Positions 37,463 through 47,215 of a stretch of 64,000 nt of DNA are shown here, in pieces. The notes under the pieces are model-generated. The model did not search any database, was not told the origin of the DNA, and saw only the letters and a list, made by a program, of their open reading frames with translations. Numbering within the stretch: position 1 is the first letter of the stretch; each line of letters begins with the position of its first letter. Made by a program: the position numbers and the translations under genes. The stretch lies in NCBI GenBank assembly GCA_963798085.1, contig CAWCRS010000005.1:1-64000 (forward strand), in the 5' to 3' direction. Source of the stretch: an uncultured Gemmatimonadales bacterium (lineage in GTDB: Bacteria > Gemmatimonadota > Gemmatimonadetes > Longimicrobiales > RSA9).

Positions 37463-37951
37463 ATGGCAAAGATCAGTGACCGTGTCATGGAAATGGTGCG
37501 CCGGGAAATTGGGAAGAACCCGGACGTGACAAGCGGCACACTGTACGACCAGGCGCGGAAACTGGATCGTTCGATCAGTTCGCTGGACCTGCGACAGTTC
37601 CACGCGCGGTACCCGTTGCAGGTACGGCGATCGATGAAGGGCGGGAAGCGCAAGGCGGCCGCGAAGCGCGCCGGCAGGCCTCCGGCAACGGTCGCTGCGG
37701 CGCCGATCATCCGGCGGCGTGGCCGTCCGCCGAAGAACGCGGCGCTCGCGGCGGTTTCCGCCGCTGCCGTGCCGGCGTCGAAAGCAGCGGCAGCGCCCAG
37801 GGCCGGCACAGCCACGGACCGCAATGCACTGCGCAATGTTCTGCTGGAGTTCGCGGGGGTTGTTGCGCGAGCCGAGAACAAGGTCGACGTGATCACAGTA
37901 ATCGGCGGGCTCGAGGGCTGGGTCGACAGGATCATGAAGGCCGCCAGCTGA
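37463..37951 (+). CDS. basic AT-hook-containing protein, candidate nucleoid-associated protein
   Basis: GAGGGG RBS, 162 aa, central Lys/Arg/Ala/Pro-rich linker with KRAGRPP and RRRGRPPK between two helical domains. The upstream region is AT-rich. Confidence 0.8.
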   Translation: MAKISDRVMEMVRREIGKNPDVTSGTLYDQARKLDRSISSLDLRQFHARYPLQVRRSMKGGKRKAAAKRAGRPPATVAAAPIIRRRGRPPKNAALAAVSAAAVPASKAAAAPRAGTATDRNALRNVLLEFAGVVARAENKVDVITVIGGLEGWVDRIMKAAS

Positions 37952-38036
37952 CCTGACTCGCGATTACGCCGTTCTGCAGTTCCTGAGCGAATGGTCCTGC
38001 TCACGAATGTGACGGCGCTGCCCGGAGGCGGCGCCG

Positions 38037-38615
38037 TCACGTGCGGCTGACCTGCTGTCCGCTGATCCCCAGCTCTCCGGCAATCTCACGCATGGCGCTG
38101 ATCACGTTCTGGATATGCTCATCGAGCGGCACACCCAGCAGGTCGGCGCCGTGCTGGATCTCTTCACGGTTCACACCGCGCGCGAACGTCGCGTCCTTCA
38201 TCTTCTTTTTGACCGACCTGGGCGCGAGGTCATCGATGCCCGTGGGTCGCACGAGGGCGGTGGCATTGATGAGGCCAGTCAGCTCGTCACAGGCGAGGAG
38301 GGCCCGGTCGAGTGCGGACTCGGGCATCACGCCGGTGAAATCGGCGCGGTGGGCGAGAATGGCGTGCAGCAGCGGCTCGGGCCAGCCCTGCGTACGCAGA
38401 TACTCGACAGCCCGGCGCGGATGATCGTCCGGGTATTTCTCCCAGTCGAGATCGTGCAGCAGGCCGGTATTGCCCCACTCTTCCTCGTCCTGGCCCGCGC
38501 TGCGCGCATAGAAGCGCAGCGCCACTTCCACGGCGCGCATGTGGTTGCGCAGCGCGGGGTTTTCCACCCAATCCTGGAGCAGACGCACGGCCTCAGCGCG
38601 TGAGGGCATTCCCAT
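38037..38615 (-). CDS. HD-domain (HDIG-like) metal-dependent phosphohydrolase
   Basis: LRNHMRAVE, GLLHDLDWE, AILAH, ACDELTGLINATALVRP, SVKKKMKD..FARGVNRE. Confidence 0.9.
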   Translation of the reverse strand: MGMPSRAEAVRLLQDWVENPALRNHMRAVEVALRFYARSAGQDEEEWGNTGLLHDLDWEKYPDDHPRRAVEYLRTQGWPEPLLHAILAHRADFTGVMPESALDRALLACDELTGLINATALVRPTGIDDLAPRSVKKKMKDATFARGVNREEIQHGADLLGVPLDEHIQNVISAMREIAGELGISGQQVSRT

Positions 38616-39036
38616 CCTCCGTGAGGGCTACGGGACGATCGCGATCACGATTCACGATGCACAAGAAGCCAAACGGTTCGTTAGCGGCGTTGCGGAACTG
38701 GTGCGGTGTGGTCGGGGCGACGTACACCACATTGCCCGGACCGATTGCCTGCAGCTCGCCGGCCAGGCGCACGGTGCCGCGGCCGCGCACACAGTAGACC
38801 ACGTGGACGTGCTCGTGCTGCTCGAAGCTGGTGAAGCCGTCGGGTCCGACTTCGAAGTAGCGCAGCTCGAACGCGGCGTCCGCGGGCGCGGCCAGATTGT
38901 GGCGCGTAACGTGACGGTGCGTCGTCGCCTGATCCTTGTAGGGCCGGGGCGGCACGCCCACCCAGCCGGTGCGGGTCGCGGGCACCACGAAGCTGCGGGC
39001 ACCCATGGGTGCGGCATCGTTCCCGCGCCCGCTCAC
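38593..39036 (-). CDS. cupin domain protein (TM1459-like)
   Basis: FELRYFEVGPDGFTSFEQHEHVHVV...RGRG...PHQFRN..EPFGFLCIVNRDRDRP. Confidence 0.88.
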   Translation of the reverse strand: MSGRGNDAAPMGARSFVVPATRTGWVGVPPRPYKDQATTHRHVTRHNLAAPADAAFELRYFEVGPDGFTSFEQHEHVHVVYCVRGRGTVRLAGELQAIGPGNVVYVAPTTPHQFRNAANEPFGFLCIVNRDRDRPVALTEDGNALTR

Positions 39037-39103
39037 GCCACGCTCCGGAACACAGTCATGGGCGCAAGATGCCCCTGCGGGCGCTGCCTGTAAACCCGGC
39101 GGC

Positions 39104-40150
39104 TCAGCTCCATGGCAACACGATGGTCTTGATGCCGGCCTTCGCGGAAATGCGTTCCAGCGCCTCGCCTACCCCGTCCAGGCCGGCGCGGTGCGTGATC
39201 AGCGATGCGACGTCCAGTCTGCTCTCCGCGAGCAGGCGCAGCGCGGCGCGCGTCTCATCCGGGCCGCTCGAATAACTCTGCATTATCGCGATCTCGCGGA
39301 AGTAGAGAGCGGACTGATCGACGGTGAGCGGCAGCTCGGGCGCCTGTGGCGTGAAGCACACGACGCGCGCACCCGGGGCGGCCATGCGGATGCCCGCCTG
39401 GACGGTGCGCGGGTCGCCGGGACAGACGATCACCACGTCCGCGCCTCTGCCACCGGTGGCTTCCCGCAGCGCCTGCATGTCCTGTTCGCTCGCGGGATCG
39501 AGGGCGAGCTGCGCGCCGAGCGAGCGAGCGCGCTGGCGTCGCTCCGGGATGAAGTCGAGGCCGAAGCTGCGGCGAGCGCCGAAGATGCGGCTCAGCTGCA
39601 CCATGAGCAGACCCATGGCGCCCAGGCCAATGATACACAGGTCGTCGCCTTCACGAAGACCACCCTGCCGGCGCACGGCGCGGATGCAGCAGGCGACCGG
39701 CTCGATGAACGTGGCCGTCTCGAAATCAAGTGTTGCGGGGAGTGCCAGCGTATCGCGCGCCACGGTGTCCGCGGACGCCAGCGCGAATTCCGCGAAGCCG
39801 CCGGGTTGCAGCGCCTGGCGCCGCCACGTCATGCAGTTGGACCACAGTCCGCGGCGGCATTCCGCGCACTCGCCGCAGGCGGCGTGGTGGTGCACGAAGA
39901 CGCGGTCGCCGGGATGCAGTGTGGACACTGCGCTGCCGACGGCAGCCACCGTGCCGGCGGGCTCGTGTCCCAGCACGACCGGCGCCTTGCGCTCGACGTA
40001 CCAGCGCAGCGCATCGGAACCGCACAGGCCACACGCTGCAATGCGCACCACGATTTCGCCTCGGCCGGGCTGCGGCACGGGCGCGCTCTCCACACGGACA
40101 TCGCCCCAGCCATGGAAGCGGGCCACGCGCATGGTGCGCGGCAGACTCAT
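39104..40150 (-). CDS. zinc-binding medium-chain alcohol/polyol dehydrogenase
   Basis: CGLCGSD, LGHEPAG, CGECAEC...C, IEPVACC, GLGAMG. Confidence 0.93.
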   Translation of the reverse strand: MSLPRTMRVARFHGWGDVRVESAPVPQPGRGEIVVRIAACGLCGSDALRWYVERKAPVVLGHEPAGTVAAVGSAVSTLHPGDRVFVHHHAACGECAECRRGLWSNCMTWRRQALQPGGFAEFALASADTVARDTLALPATLDFETATFIEPVACCIRAVRRQGGLREGDDLCIIGLGAMGLLMVQLSRIFGARRSFGLDFIPERRQRARSLGAQLALDPASEQDMQALREATGGRGADVVIVCPGDPRTVQAGIRMAAPGARVVCFTPQAPELPLTVDQSALYFREIAIMQSYSSGPDETRAALRLLAESRLDVASLITHRAGLDGVGEALERISAKAGIKTIVLPWS

Positions 40151-41181
40151 GGCCTCACCGCCACCTTGATGGCCTGACGCCGGAGTGCGAGTTCGAGCGC
40201 GTCCGGCAGCTGTTCGAGACTGCGCTGATGCGTGATCAGCGGCGCAGCGGCGATGCGCCCCTCGCTCAACAGCTCGAACGCGCGGCGCACGTTGGCGCGC
40301 GTGTAGTGGAAGGCGCCCTTCAGATCGACTTCCTCATAGTGCAGGCGGAACGTGTCGAACTGCGCGCGCGTGCTGGCCGCGCAACCGCCGTACAGCAGGA
40401 CTTCGCCGCCCGGCGCGGCCAGCGTCTGCGCGAATTCCCAGAGCTGCGGCGTGCCCACGCACTCGATGACCACGTCGGCGCCGGCCATCAGGTCGGATGC
40501 CTCGCCGTCGAGGGCGGCAGGGTCGAGCCGCAGGGTCTCGGCGCCGAGCCGGGTGGCGGTGCGCAGGCGGATGTCGTGGTGCCCGGCCACCAGCACCGAG
40601 CCGGCGCCCTGCAGCCTCGCCAGTTGCGCGAACAGCAGCGCGATGGGGCCATCGCCCAGCAGCACGACGCGTGCGGCCTGCCCCAGCCTGACCCGCTCCG
40701 CCCCGTGCACGACGCAGGCCAGCGGCTCCAGCACCGCGGCGACTTCGGCCGTGAGTCCCGGTGGTCGTACAAACACGCTGTTGGACACGATGTGGCCGGG
40801 CAGCAGCACATATTCGGCAAATGCGCCCAGGACGATGCGACCGATGGCGTCATGGCAGAGGTTTTCCCTGCCCCGCAGGCAGAGTGCGCAACAGCCGCAG
40901 GGCGCGGTGGGAACGCAGGCCACGTCATCGCCTTCGCGGAATTGCGTGACGCCCTCGCCTGCCTGTGCCACCCGCCCGGCGAACTCATGACCGAAAGCCG
41001 TGGGCAGCGGCAGTTTCGGGTGTCCCCGGCGGTACAGCTTGAGATCGGTTCCGCAGGTCAGCGCCGCCTGCACGCGGATCAGGAGCTCGCCGGGTCCCGC
41101 ATCCGGCACCGGCACTTCACGCAGCTCGACCTGACCGGGCTGCACCAGCTCCGCGCGCAGCATGCTGCGGGGTGCCGTCAT
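40147..41181 (-). CDS. zinc-binding medium-chain alcohol/polyol dehydrogenase
   Basis: LTCGTDLK, FGHEFAG, CGCCALC...C, LEPLACVVHG, GDGPI. ATGA-coupled to the next gene. Confidence 0.93.
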   Translation of the reverse strand: MTAPRSMLRAELVQPGQVELREVPVPDAGPGELLIRVQAALTCGTDLKLYRRGHPKLPLPTAFGHEFAGRVAQAGEGVTQFREGDDVACVPTAPCGCCALCLRGRENLCHDAIGRIVLGAFAEYVLLPGHIVSNSVFVRPPGLTAEVAAVLEPLACVVHGAERVRLGQAARVVLLGDGPIALLFAQLARLQGAGSVLVAGHHDIRLRTATRLGAETLRLDPAALDGEASDLMAGADVVIECVGTPQLWEFAQTLAAPGGEVLLYGGCAASTRAQFDTFRLHYEEVDLKGAFHYTRANVRRAFELLSEGRIAAAPLITHQRSLEQLPDALELALRRQAIKVAVRP

Positions 41182-43289
41182 CAGGCGCCGCGGAAAGTGC
41201 GCAGCACTTCGCGCAGCGCCTCCGGCTCGCTGACCGGCGCGGCACACGCGCGGTCGGCACACACGTACGCACGCGGGCGCTCGCGCGTCACCATGGCACG
41301 CAGCGCCTCCGGCAGTGACGCCGCATCCACGGTTGCCGCAGCAATCAGGCGAACCACCGTGCGCGGGCGAGCGGTGCGCAGCGCGGCCCGCAATAACACG
41401 CTGTCAGCGGGAGCGGCGTCGTCGACGACGATCACGGTGGTGACGGGCAGAACGGCCCAGGCCAGGGCCTTGTGGTACGTGGCGGCCGCGCTCTGCAGTC
41501 GAGCGGCGGAGCCGGCGAAGGCACGCAGCACGCCTTCCGCCAGATCGCGCGGCTCGTCGTCGCCAGTGATTTCGGCAAGACGCAGCAGCGCCAGCGCCGC
41601 GGCGCCGTTGCCCGAGGGCGTGGGCGAATCCGCGATAGGCAGTACCACGCGGTCGAGGGTGCGCACCGGTGCGGAGCCGGCGGGCCGGTCGCGGAACGCA
41701 CCGCTGGCGGCTTCGCGGAACCGTTGCGCCAGCACAGCTGCGAGCTGCTGCGCGCGTTGCAGGTGAACACTCTGCTGCGTCAGCTCGAACGCGTCGAGCA
41801 GGGCGAGCAGCAGGAAGGCCTGATCCTCGAGCACCTCGCCGCTCCCGGCATCCGCCACACGGTGGCGCACGCCGCGAGTCGTGTCGAAGCCTTCGTCCCA
41901 GACGCGATCGAGGGCCCGCAGCGCCGCCTCGCCCGCCTGCGCATTGTCGAGATAGCGTGCAGCGGCGAGGTGACCGGAAATGACGAGAGCGGTCCAGCCT
42001 GCATAGAGCGAAGTGTCCACGAACGGGGCGGGACGGCGGTCACGCTCCGCCTTCAGCGCGCCCCGTGCGCGGTCGAGAATCGCGCGGGCCTCGGCAGCGG
42101 GCGTCCCCAGCGCTTCGCCGAGCTGCGCATCCTCGAGGGCCCGGAACAGCACGTGACGACTCGCGTCGACGTGCATCGAGCTGGCCGGGTCCTCGAGACC
42201 GTACGCCAGACGGACCGCCTCGAATTCCACGCCGGCGCCCAGCACAGCGCCGACTTCCGCCTCGGTCCACGTCCAGTAATCCCCGTCATCGGTCGCACTG
42301 AAATCGGCATCCTGCGATGCGGGGAAGCCGCCCTCTGCGAGCAGGGCGGGCGCCACGTCGACGTAATGCTGCACGATGCCGCTCGCCACTTCCGCAAAGA
42401 ACGGATCCGACAGTGCGCTCGCGGCCGCGGCATAGCTGGCCAGAAGCGGCCCGTTGTCGTACGCCATCTTCTCGAAGTGGGGAATGATCCAGCGCGCATC
42501 CGTGGCATAGCGATGGAACCCGCCACCCAGCTGATCGAAAATGCCGCCGCGGCCCATGGCGTTCAGGGTCTCGACGACAATGCGGCGGGCCCAGTCCGTG
42601 CCCCGTTCGAGCCAGGCGTCGAGCAGCAGATCAATGCCGCCGGGGTTGGGGAACTTGGGCGAGCGGCCGAAGCCGCCGTACCGGAAGTCGAAGGCGTTGG
42701 CCAGCTCTTCGAGCGTATCGTCGATCAGCTCGACGCGCAGCTCGCCGGATTGCGTCTCGGCCTGCGCATGTTCTTCGATGCGCGTGTTGATGCCGGCCAC
42801 GGCCTCGCTGGCGCGGCGGCGATCGTCTTTCCAGACGCGCGCCACTTCGAGCAGGACGCGCCGGAACGAGGGCCTGCCGTAGCTGTCAATGGGCGGGAAG
42901 TAGGTGCCGCCATAGAACACGTCGCCCTCCGGCGTGAGGAAGGCGGTGAGCGGCCAGCCGCCCTGCCCGGTCAGCACCTGGACGGCGCGCTGGTAGCGCG
43001 CATCCACATCGGGCCGGGCGTCGCGGTCCACCTTGATGGGCACAAACAGCCTGTTAATGAGCGCGGCGGTCTCCGCATCCTCGTAGCTTTCCCGGTCCAT
43101 CACGTGGCACCAGTGGCACCACACCGCGCCGATGTCGAGCAGCACCGGGCGATCGCCGGCACGCGCCTCCTCGAAGGCTGCCTCGCCCCAGGGCCACCAG
43201 TGCACGGGCTGGGTCGCGCCGTGCCGCAGGAACGGACTGCCTTCGCCGGCCAGGCGCTGGCCGCCGGTCACGCCATCCGGGCCGGTCAT
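41181..43289 (-). CDS. thioredoxin-domain YyaL/SPATA20-like protein
   Basis: SPFLRHGATQPVHWWPWG, WCHWCHVMDRESYE, GGWPLTAFLTP, GGFHRYATD..W.IPHFEKMAYDN. Confidence 0.95.
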   Translation of the reverse strand: MTGPDGVTGGQRLAGEGSPFLRHGATQPVHWWPWGEAAFEEARAGDRPVLLDIGAVWCHWCHVMDRESYEDAETAALINRLFVPIKVDRDARPDVDARYQRAVQVLTGQGGWPLTAFLTPEGDVFYGGTYFPPIDSYGRPSFRRVLLEVARVWKDDRRRASEAVAGINTRIEEHAQAETQSGELRVELIDDTLEELANAFDFRYGGFGRSPKFPNPGGIDLLLDAWLERGTDWARRIVVETLNAMGRGGIFDQLGGGFHRYATDARWIIPHFEKMAYDNGPLLASYAAAASALSDPFFAEVASGIVQHYVDVAPALLAEGGFPASQDADFSATDDGDYWTWTEAEVGAVLGAGVEFEAVRLAYGLEDPASSMHVDASRHVLFRALEDAQLGEALGTPAAEARAILDRARGALKAERDRRPAPFVDTSLYAGWTALVISGHLAAARYLDNAQAGEAALRALDRVWDEGFDTTRGVRHRVADAGSGEVLEDQAFLLLALLDAFELTQQSVHLQRAQQLAAVLAQRFREAASGAFRDRPAGSAPVRTLDRVVLPIADSPTPSGNGAAALALLRLAEITGDDEPRDLAEGVLRAFAGSAARLQSAAATYHKALAWAVLPVTTVIVVDDAAPADSVLLRAALRTARPRTVVRLIAAATVDAASLPEALRAMVTRERPRAYVCADRACAAPVSEPEALREVLRTFRGA

Positions 43290-44014
43290 ACGCGCGAGCC
43301 GGGGCAGATGTCGGACAGTACGCAGACCTCGCAGCGCGGGCGACCTGCGCGGCACACGGCGCGGCCGTGCAGGATGAGCGTATGCGACAGCACGGTCCAG
43401 TCGGCACGCGGATAGAGTTTCAGCAGATCCTGCTCGATCTTCACGGCATCGCGCTCGCGCGTGAGTCCGAGCAGGCGCGAGAGGCGGGTCACGTGGGTGT
43501 CCACGACGACGCCCTCGTTGCGGCCGAAGGCCGTTCCTAACACGACATTCGCGGTCTTGCGGCCCACGCCCGGCAGCGACACCAGTTCCTCCATGCTGTC
43601 CGGGATGACGCCCGCGAAGCGGTCCACCACGGCGTTGGCCATGCCCAGCAGGCTCTTCGTCTTGTTGCGAAAGAAGCCGGTGGAGCGGATCTGCTGCTCG
43701 AGGTCCGCGCGGCGGGCGTGCGCCAGATCGAGCGGCGTCGGGTAGCGGCGGAAGAGAGCGGGCGTGACCTGATTCACGCGCTCATCCGTGCATTGCGCGG
43801 AGAGGATGGTGGCAACCAGCAGCTCGTAAGGATCGTGGAAGCGGAGCGCTGTAGTGGCGGCCGGGTATTCCGGGCGCAGTCGCTCGAGGATCTCCGCGGC
43901 GCGCGCATGTTTCTGCGCGCGTGTCTCGCGGACGGCACGGCGGGCCGGCTTTCGGGCGGCCGTCTTCCTGCGTGTGCGCTGCTTCGCCGTGGAAGCCCGC
44001 TTGGCCTTCGCCAT
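43286..44014 (-). CDS. nth: endonuclease III
   Basis: LLVATILSAQCTD, HhH motif LPGVGRKTANVV, VDTHV, and the Fe-S motif CRAGRPRCEVCVLSDICP. Confidence 0.97.
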   Translation of the reverse strand: MAKAKRASTAKQRTRRKTAARKPARRAVRETRAQKHARAAEILERLRPEYPAATTALRFHDPYELLVATILSAQCTDERVNQVTPALFRRYPTPLDLAHARRADLEQQIRSTGFFRNKTKSLLGMANAVVDRFAGVIPDSMEELVSLPGVGRKTANVVLGTAFGRNEGVVVDTHVTRLSRLLGLTRERDAVKIEQDLLKLYPRADWTVLSHTLILHGRAVCRAGRPRCEVCVLSDICPGSRV

Positions 44015-44016
44015 GG

Positions 44017-44850
44017 TCAATCCTTCAGCGTCACCAGACTCGCCGGCAGACTCGAGGCTGGCAGCTCGTGTGTGGAGCCGGAACTCGTGGGTGGTGTCAC
44101 GCGGGGCGTGGTCACCGCCGCGCGCTGCGTCGCAATGTAGTGGAACACGCGCGAGGCCAGTTTCAGCGCTTCGGCCACGGACACAATGCCGAAAAGACCA
44201 CTCAATTCTCCACCCGGCAACCGGTTCGTGAAATCGGGTTCATCCGGGCGGGCCTCGAGGTCAGCCCAGTGGCCGGGCGCGGGCGCAGGCAGAGACGCGC
44301 CTGCTTCCAGTATGCTGAAACCCGGCCGCAGCGCATTCATGCCGAGCACGAGCAGCAGATCGAGACGCGTGCCGGCACCTGCGTCCTGGTCTGTCGTCCA
44401 GAAGAAGCCATCCACGGGCTCGGCCGGCGCCTCCGCGTGCACCCTCGCCCAGAGCAGGTTGCGCGGCAGCTGCACGTACCCCGCGGGATGCGGCGCTGCC
44501 AGGTCCCATTCCCCGATGGGTGGAAGCGCACCCAGCAGATGGCGCGTGAGCGGCCCGTCGAGCACGAACAGACGCAGGCCCCAGCTCCAGAACTGCCACG
44601 CCTGAAAGAGCACGCGGCCATAGTCGTGCACGGCCTCAGGTGGTGGCAGCGTCGCCTCGCCGGCCCGCACTTCCGCGTCACCCGGGCGCAATTCACGGAG
44701 TGTCCGGCCCACGGTGCCGAGCATCAGGAACGCATCGGGCGAGGCGGCGCTGGTGCCGGCCGCTTCTGCGCGGATCGCGGGGAACAGCTCGGCCTGGAAT
44801 TGGGTGCTGCTGAACGCCAACTCGTAGGGCGTCAGGCGGGCGCCGCTCAT
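44017..44850 (-). CDS. hypothetical protein
   Basis: 277-aa ORF MSGARLTPYELAF...YVQLPRNLLWARV...EPVDGFF...FTNRLPGGELSGLFGI, in an operon with nth. Confidence 0.75.
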   Translation of the reverse strand: MSGARLTPYELAFSSTQFQAELFPAIRAEAAGTSAASPDAFLMLGTVGRTLRELRPGDAEVRAGEATLPPPEAVHDYGRVLFQAWQFWSWGLRLFVLDGPLTRHLLGALPPIGEWDLAAPHPAGYVQLPRNLLWARVHAEAPAEPVDGFFWTTDQDAGAGTRLDLLLVLGMNALRPGFSILEAGASLPAPAPGHWADLEARPDEPDFTNRLPGGELSGLFGIVSVAEALKLASRVFHYIATQRAAVTTPRVTPPTSSGSTHELPASSLPASLVTLKD

Positions 44851-44896
44851 GGGAGGGAGTCGCAGAGCGGAAGCGTCGAACGCACGGGGGCGTGCA

Positions 44897-45597
44897 CTAC
44901 TGCCTTTCTGCCCGAACCGTGTGTTGGGCCACGCGGGCGCCGCCCCGGCCCAGCAGCTCGCCCAGGCGGGCGCGCAGTGAGCGCGTGCGCACGCGCACCA
45001 GACACAGATCGTCGGGCGCCCCGGCCACGCCCTTTTCCACCGTGAGATACAGCACGTCCGCATCGCTCGCGGGCACGGCGACACGATAGCGCTGGCCCTG
45101 CCATTCGAATGCGCCCGAATCCTCGGGAATCTCGAAGAACCACGAATTCTCGAGGCGATACCAGCCGCCGGCCTCGCGTTCACCGAGACGGTAGAAGTAC
45201 GGCGCGAAGCTGTCACCATCGAGTCGCCGGAAATTCTCCTCCACGGCCGCATCCACATTACCCAGGGCATCCTGCGCGACGAGCGCTTCCAGATGATGCT
45301 GCAACTCGTGCGTGAGCGTTTCCCAGACCTCGGCCTGCCAGTCGAACTGCTCATCCTCTGCGGCCAGACGGAGAAAGGAACCGTAGAACAGCACAACCGA
45401 GGAGCGGATGGTCTCGGGGCCGTCGAATGAGGAAGGCCAGGTTTCGGTGCGGCATTCGCCGAGAGTGTACACGTCGGGCGAACGCGCATCCACCAGCGCG
45501 TCGCGTTCCACCACGAGGGCATCGATACCGGCCCGGTAATCGACCGGTATCCGATGCCACTCGTGGCGCGCCAGCGACTCGAACTCGTCGTACTTCA
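44897..45597 (-). CDS. zincin-like metallopeptidase family protein
   Basis: KYDEFESLARHEWHRIP...VYTLGEC...VVLFYGSF...ETLTHELQHH (HExxH). The frame is open upstream of the listed 45514 start, so the exact start is uncertain. Confidence 0.75.
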
Positions 45598-45604
45598 GTG
45601 TGCC

Positions 45605-47171
45605 TCAGGGGATGGAAGGCAGAGTCTCTCCTTCGGGCGGCATGCTGCGGTCCACATCCGGGTTCGTGCGCCGCACCATCCAGCCGTTGAGCAGGAACAG
45701 CGCGGTGCCCGCGACCAGGAACTGGACCACCATGTTGGCGATGCCGAACGCGCCCCACGGATTCTCGTTGCGCACGTTTATGAACCACCACACCACGAGG
45801 ACAACGGCCTCGAGCACGACGAGCCGGATGACCCATTCCCAGATGACACCCACGTGGATGTCGGCGTCGGGTGTGTTGACCAGCGTGTCGCGGAATCGTC
45901 TAACCCCGTATTTCAGGACCGCCATGGCGAAGAAGAACCCGGAAATCATGAGACCCACGCCCCATACGAAGTCCTGGTTGCTGAACACGTCGCGGTTGAG
46001 CGCGGAAGGCACGCCCAGCAGGAAGCCGAGGATGCCCACGACGCCAATGGCGCGGGCGCGCGCCATGCCGCCATCCATCAGCACGCGCACGGTCAGCTCG
46101 ATCATGGAAATGAGGCTGGTCCACGCGGCGAAGAACAGCGCAAGGAAGAACAGGATCATGAAGAAGCGGCCCGCGGGCATGCGCGCGAAGAGCTGCGGCA
46201 CCCAGGTGAAGGTCAGACCTTCATTGCCGGCGCCCACGATGGCACCGCGGATCATGTCAGGCGTGAGCTGCTGTCCATTGCGCACGGCGTCCGCCAGCGC
46301 GGGAAACGCGGACAGCGAGTCGGGCTGTGCCGAGAGACTGGACGCGAGCTGCGGCACCACGGAGAACACGGTGCACAGCACCATGATGCCGGCCAGCAGC
46401 GACACGGTGTTGTTGCCGAAGCCCAGCATGAAGGAATTGAGCACGGTGTCTTCATGCCGGCGCATGTAGATGGCGTAGGTGAGCACGAGACCCCAGCCGG
46501 CGCCGGTGTCCCAGGCGTTCTGCGTGAGCGCTTCCAGCCAGACCTTGGGATGCGCGAGATCGCCCCAGTGCGGCGTAAACAGGAAGTTGAGACCGTGCTG
46601 TGCGCCCGGCAGGGTCACCGCCCGCACGGCCAGCACGATCACGAGCACGAAAAGCGAAGGGATCAGGATCTTCGTGGCCGCTTCAATGCCTTTCACGCCG
46701 CGCGCCACGACCACAATGCCCAGGCCGAAGGCAATGGCCTGATAGAACACGGCCGTCGGCGTGTACGCGAAGCGCTCCCACAACGCGCCCGGCCGTTCCG
46801 CGCCGATCTGGCCCAGCACGGACGCCACCGTGTAGCGGATGGTCCACCCGGCAACCACGGCGTAGTAGAACATGATGGCGATGGCAGTCCAGGCCACCCA
46901 CGCGCCCAGCCACGCGTACTTCCTGCCCATGATGCGTGCGAACGAGCCGACTGTGCCGTAGCGCGTGAATTTGCCGAGCGCGAATTCCACGAGGATCAGC
47001 GGCACGGACCAGATGAGCAGGAACACGACCCAGGCGACCAGGAAGGCGCCGCCGCCGTTGTTCGCGACAATGCGTGGGAAACGCCAGAATGTTGCCCGTA
47101 CCCACCGCCATGCCCAGCATGGCCAGCATCATGCCCCAGCGACTGGAGAAATGCTCCTGGTTCTTTGCCAC
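45605..47171 (-). CDS. sodium-dependent transporter, NSS/SNF family (frameshift near 47085)
   Basis: EHFSSRWGMMLAMLGMAVGTGN, GGAFL, PLILVEFALG, KGIE, multiple TM helices. Confidence 0.93.
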
Positions 47172-47215
47172 TCCTCCTCCTGTGTCGAGCGCCCTTCGCC
47201 GGGGTAGCGGACCGC

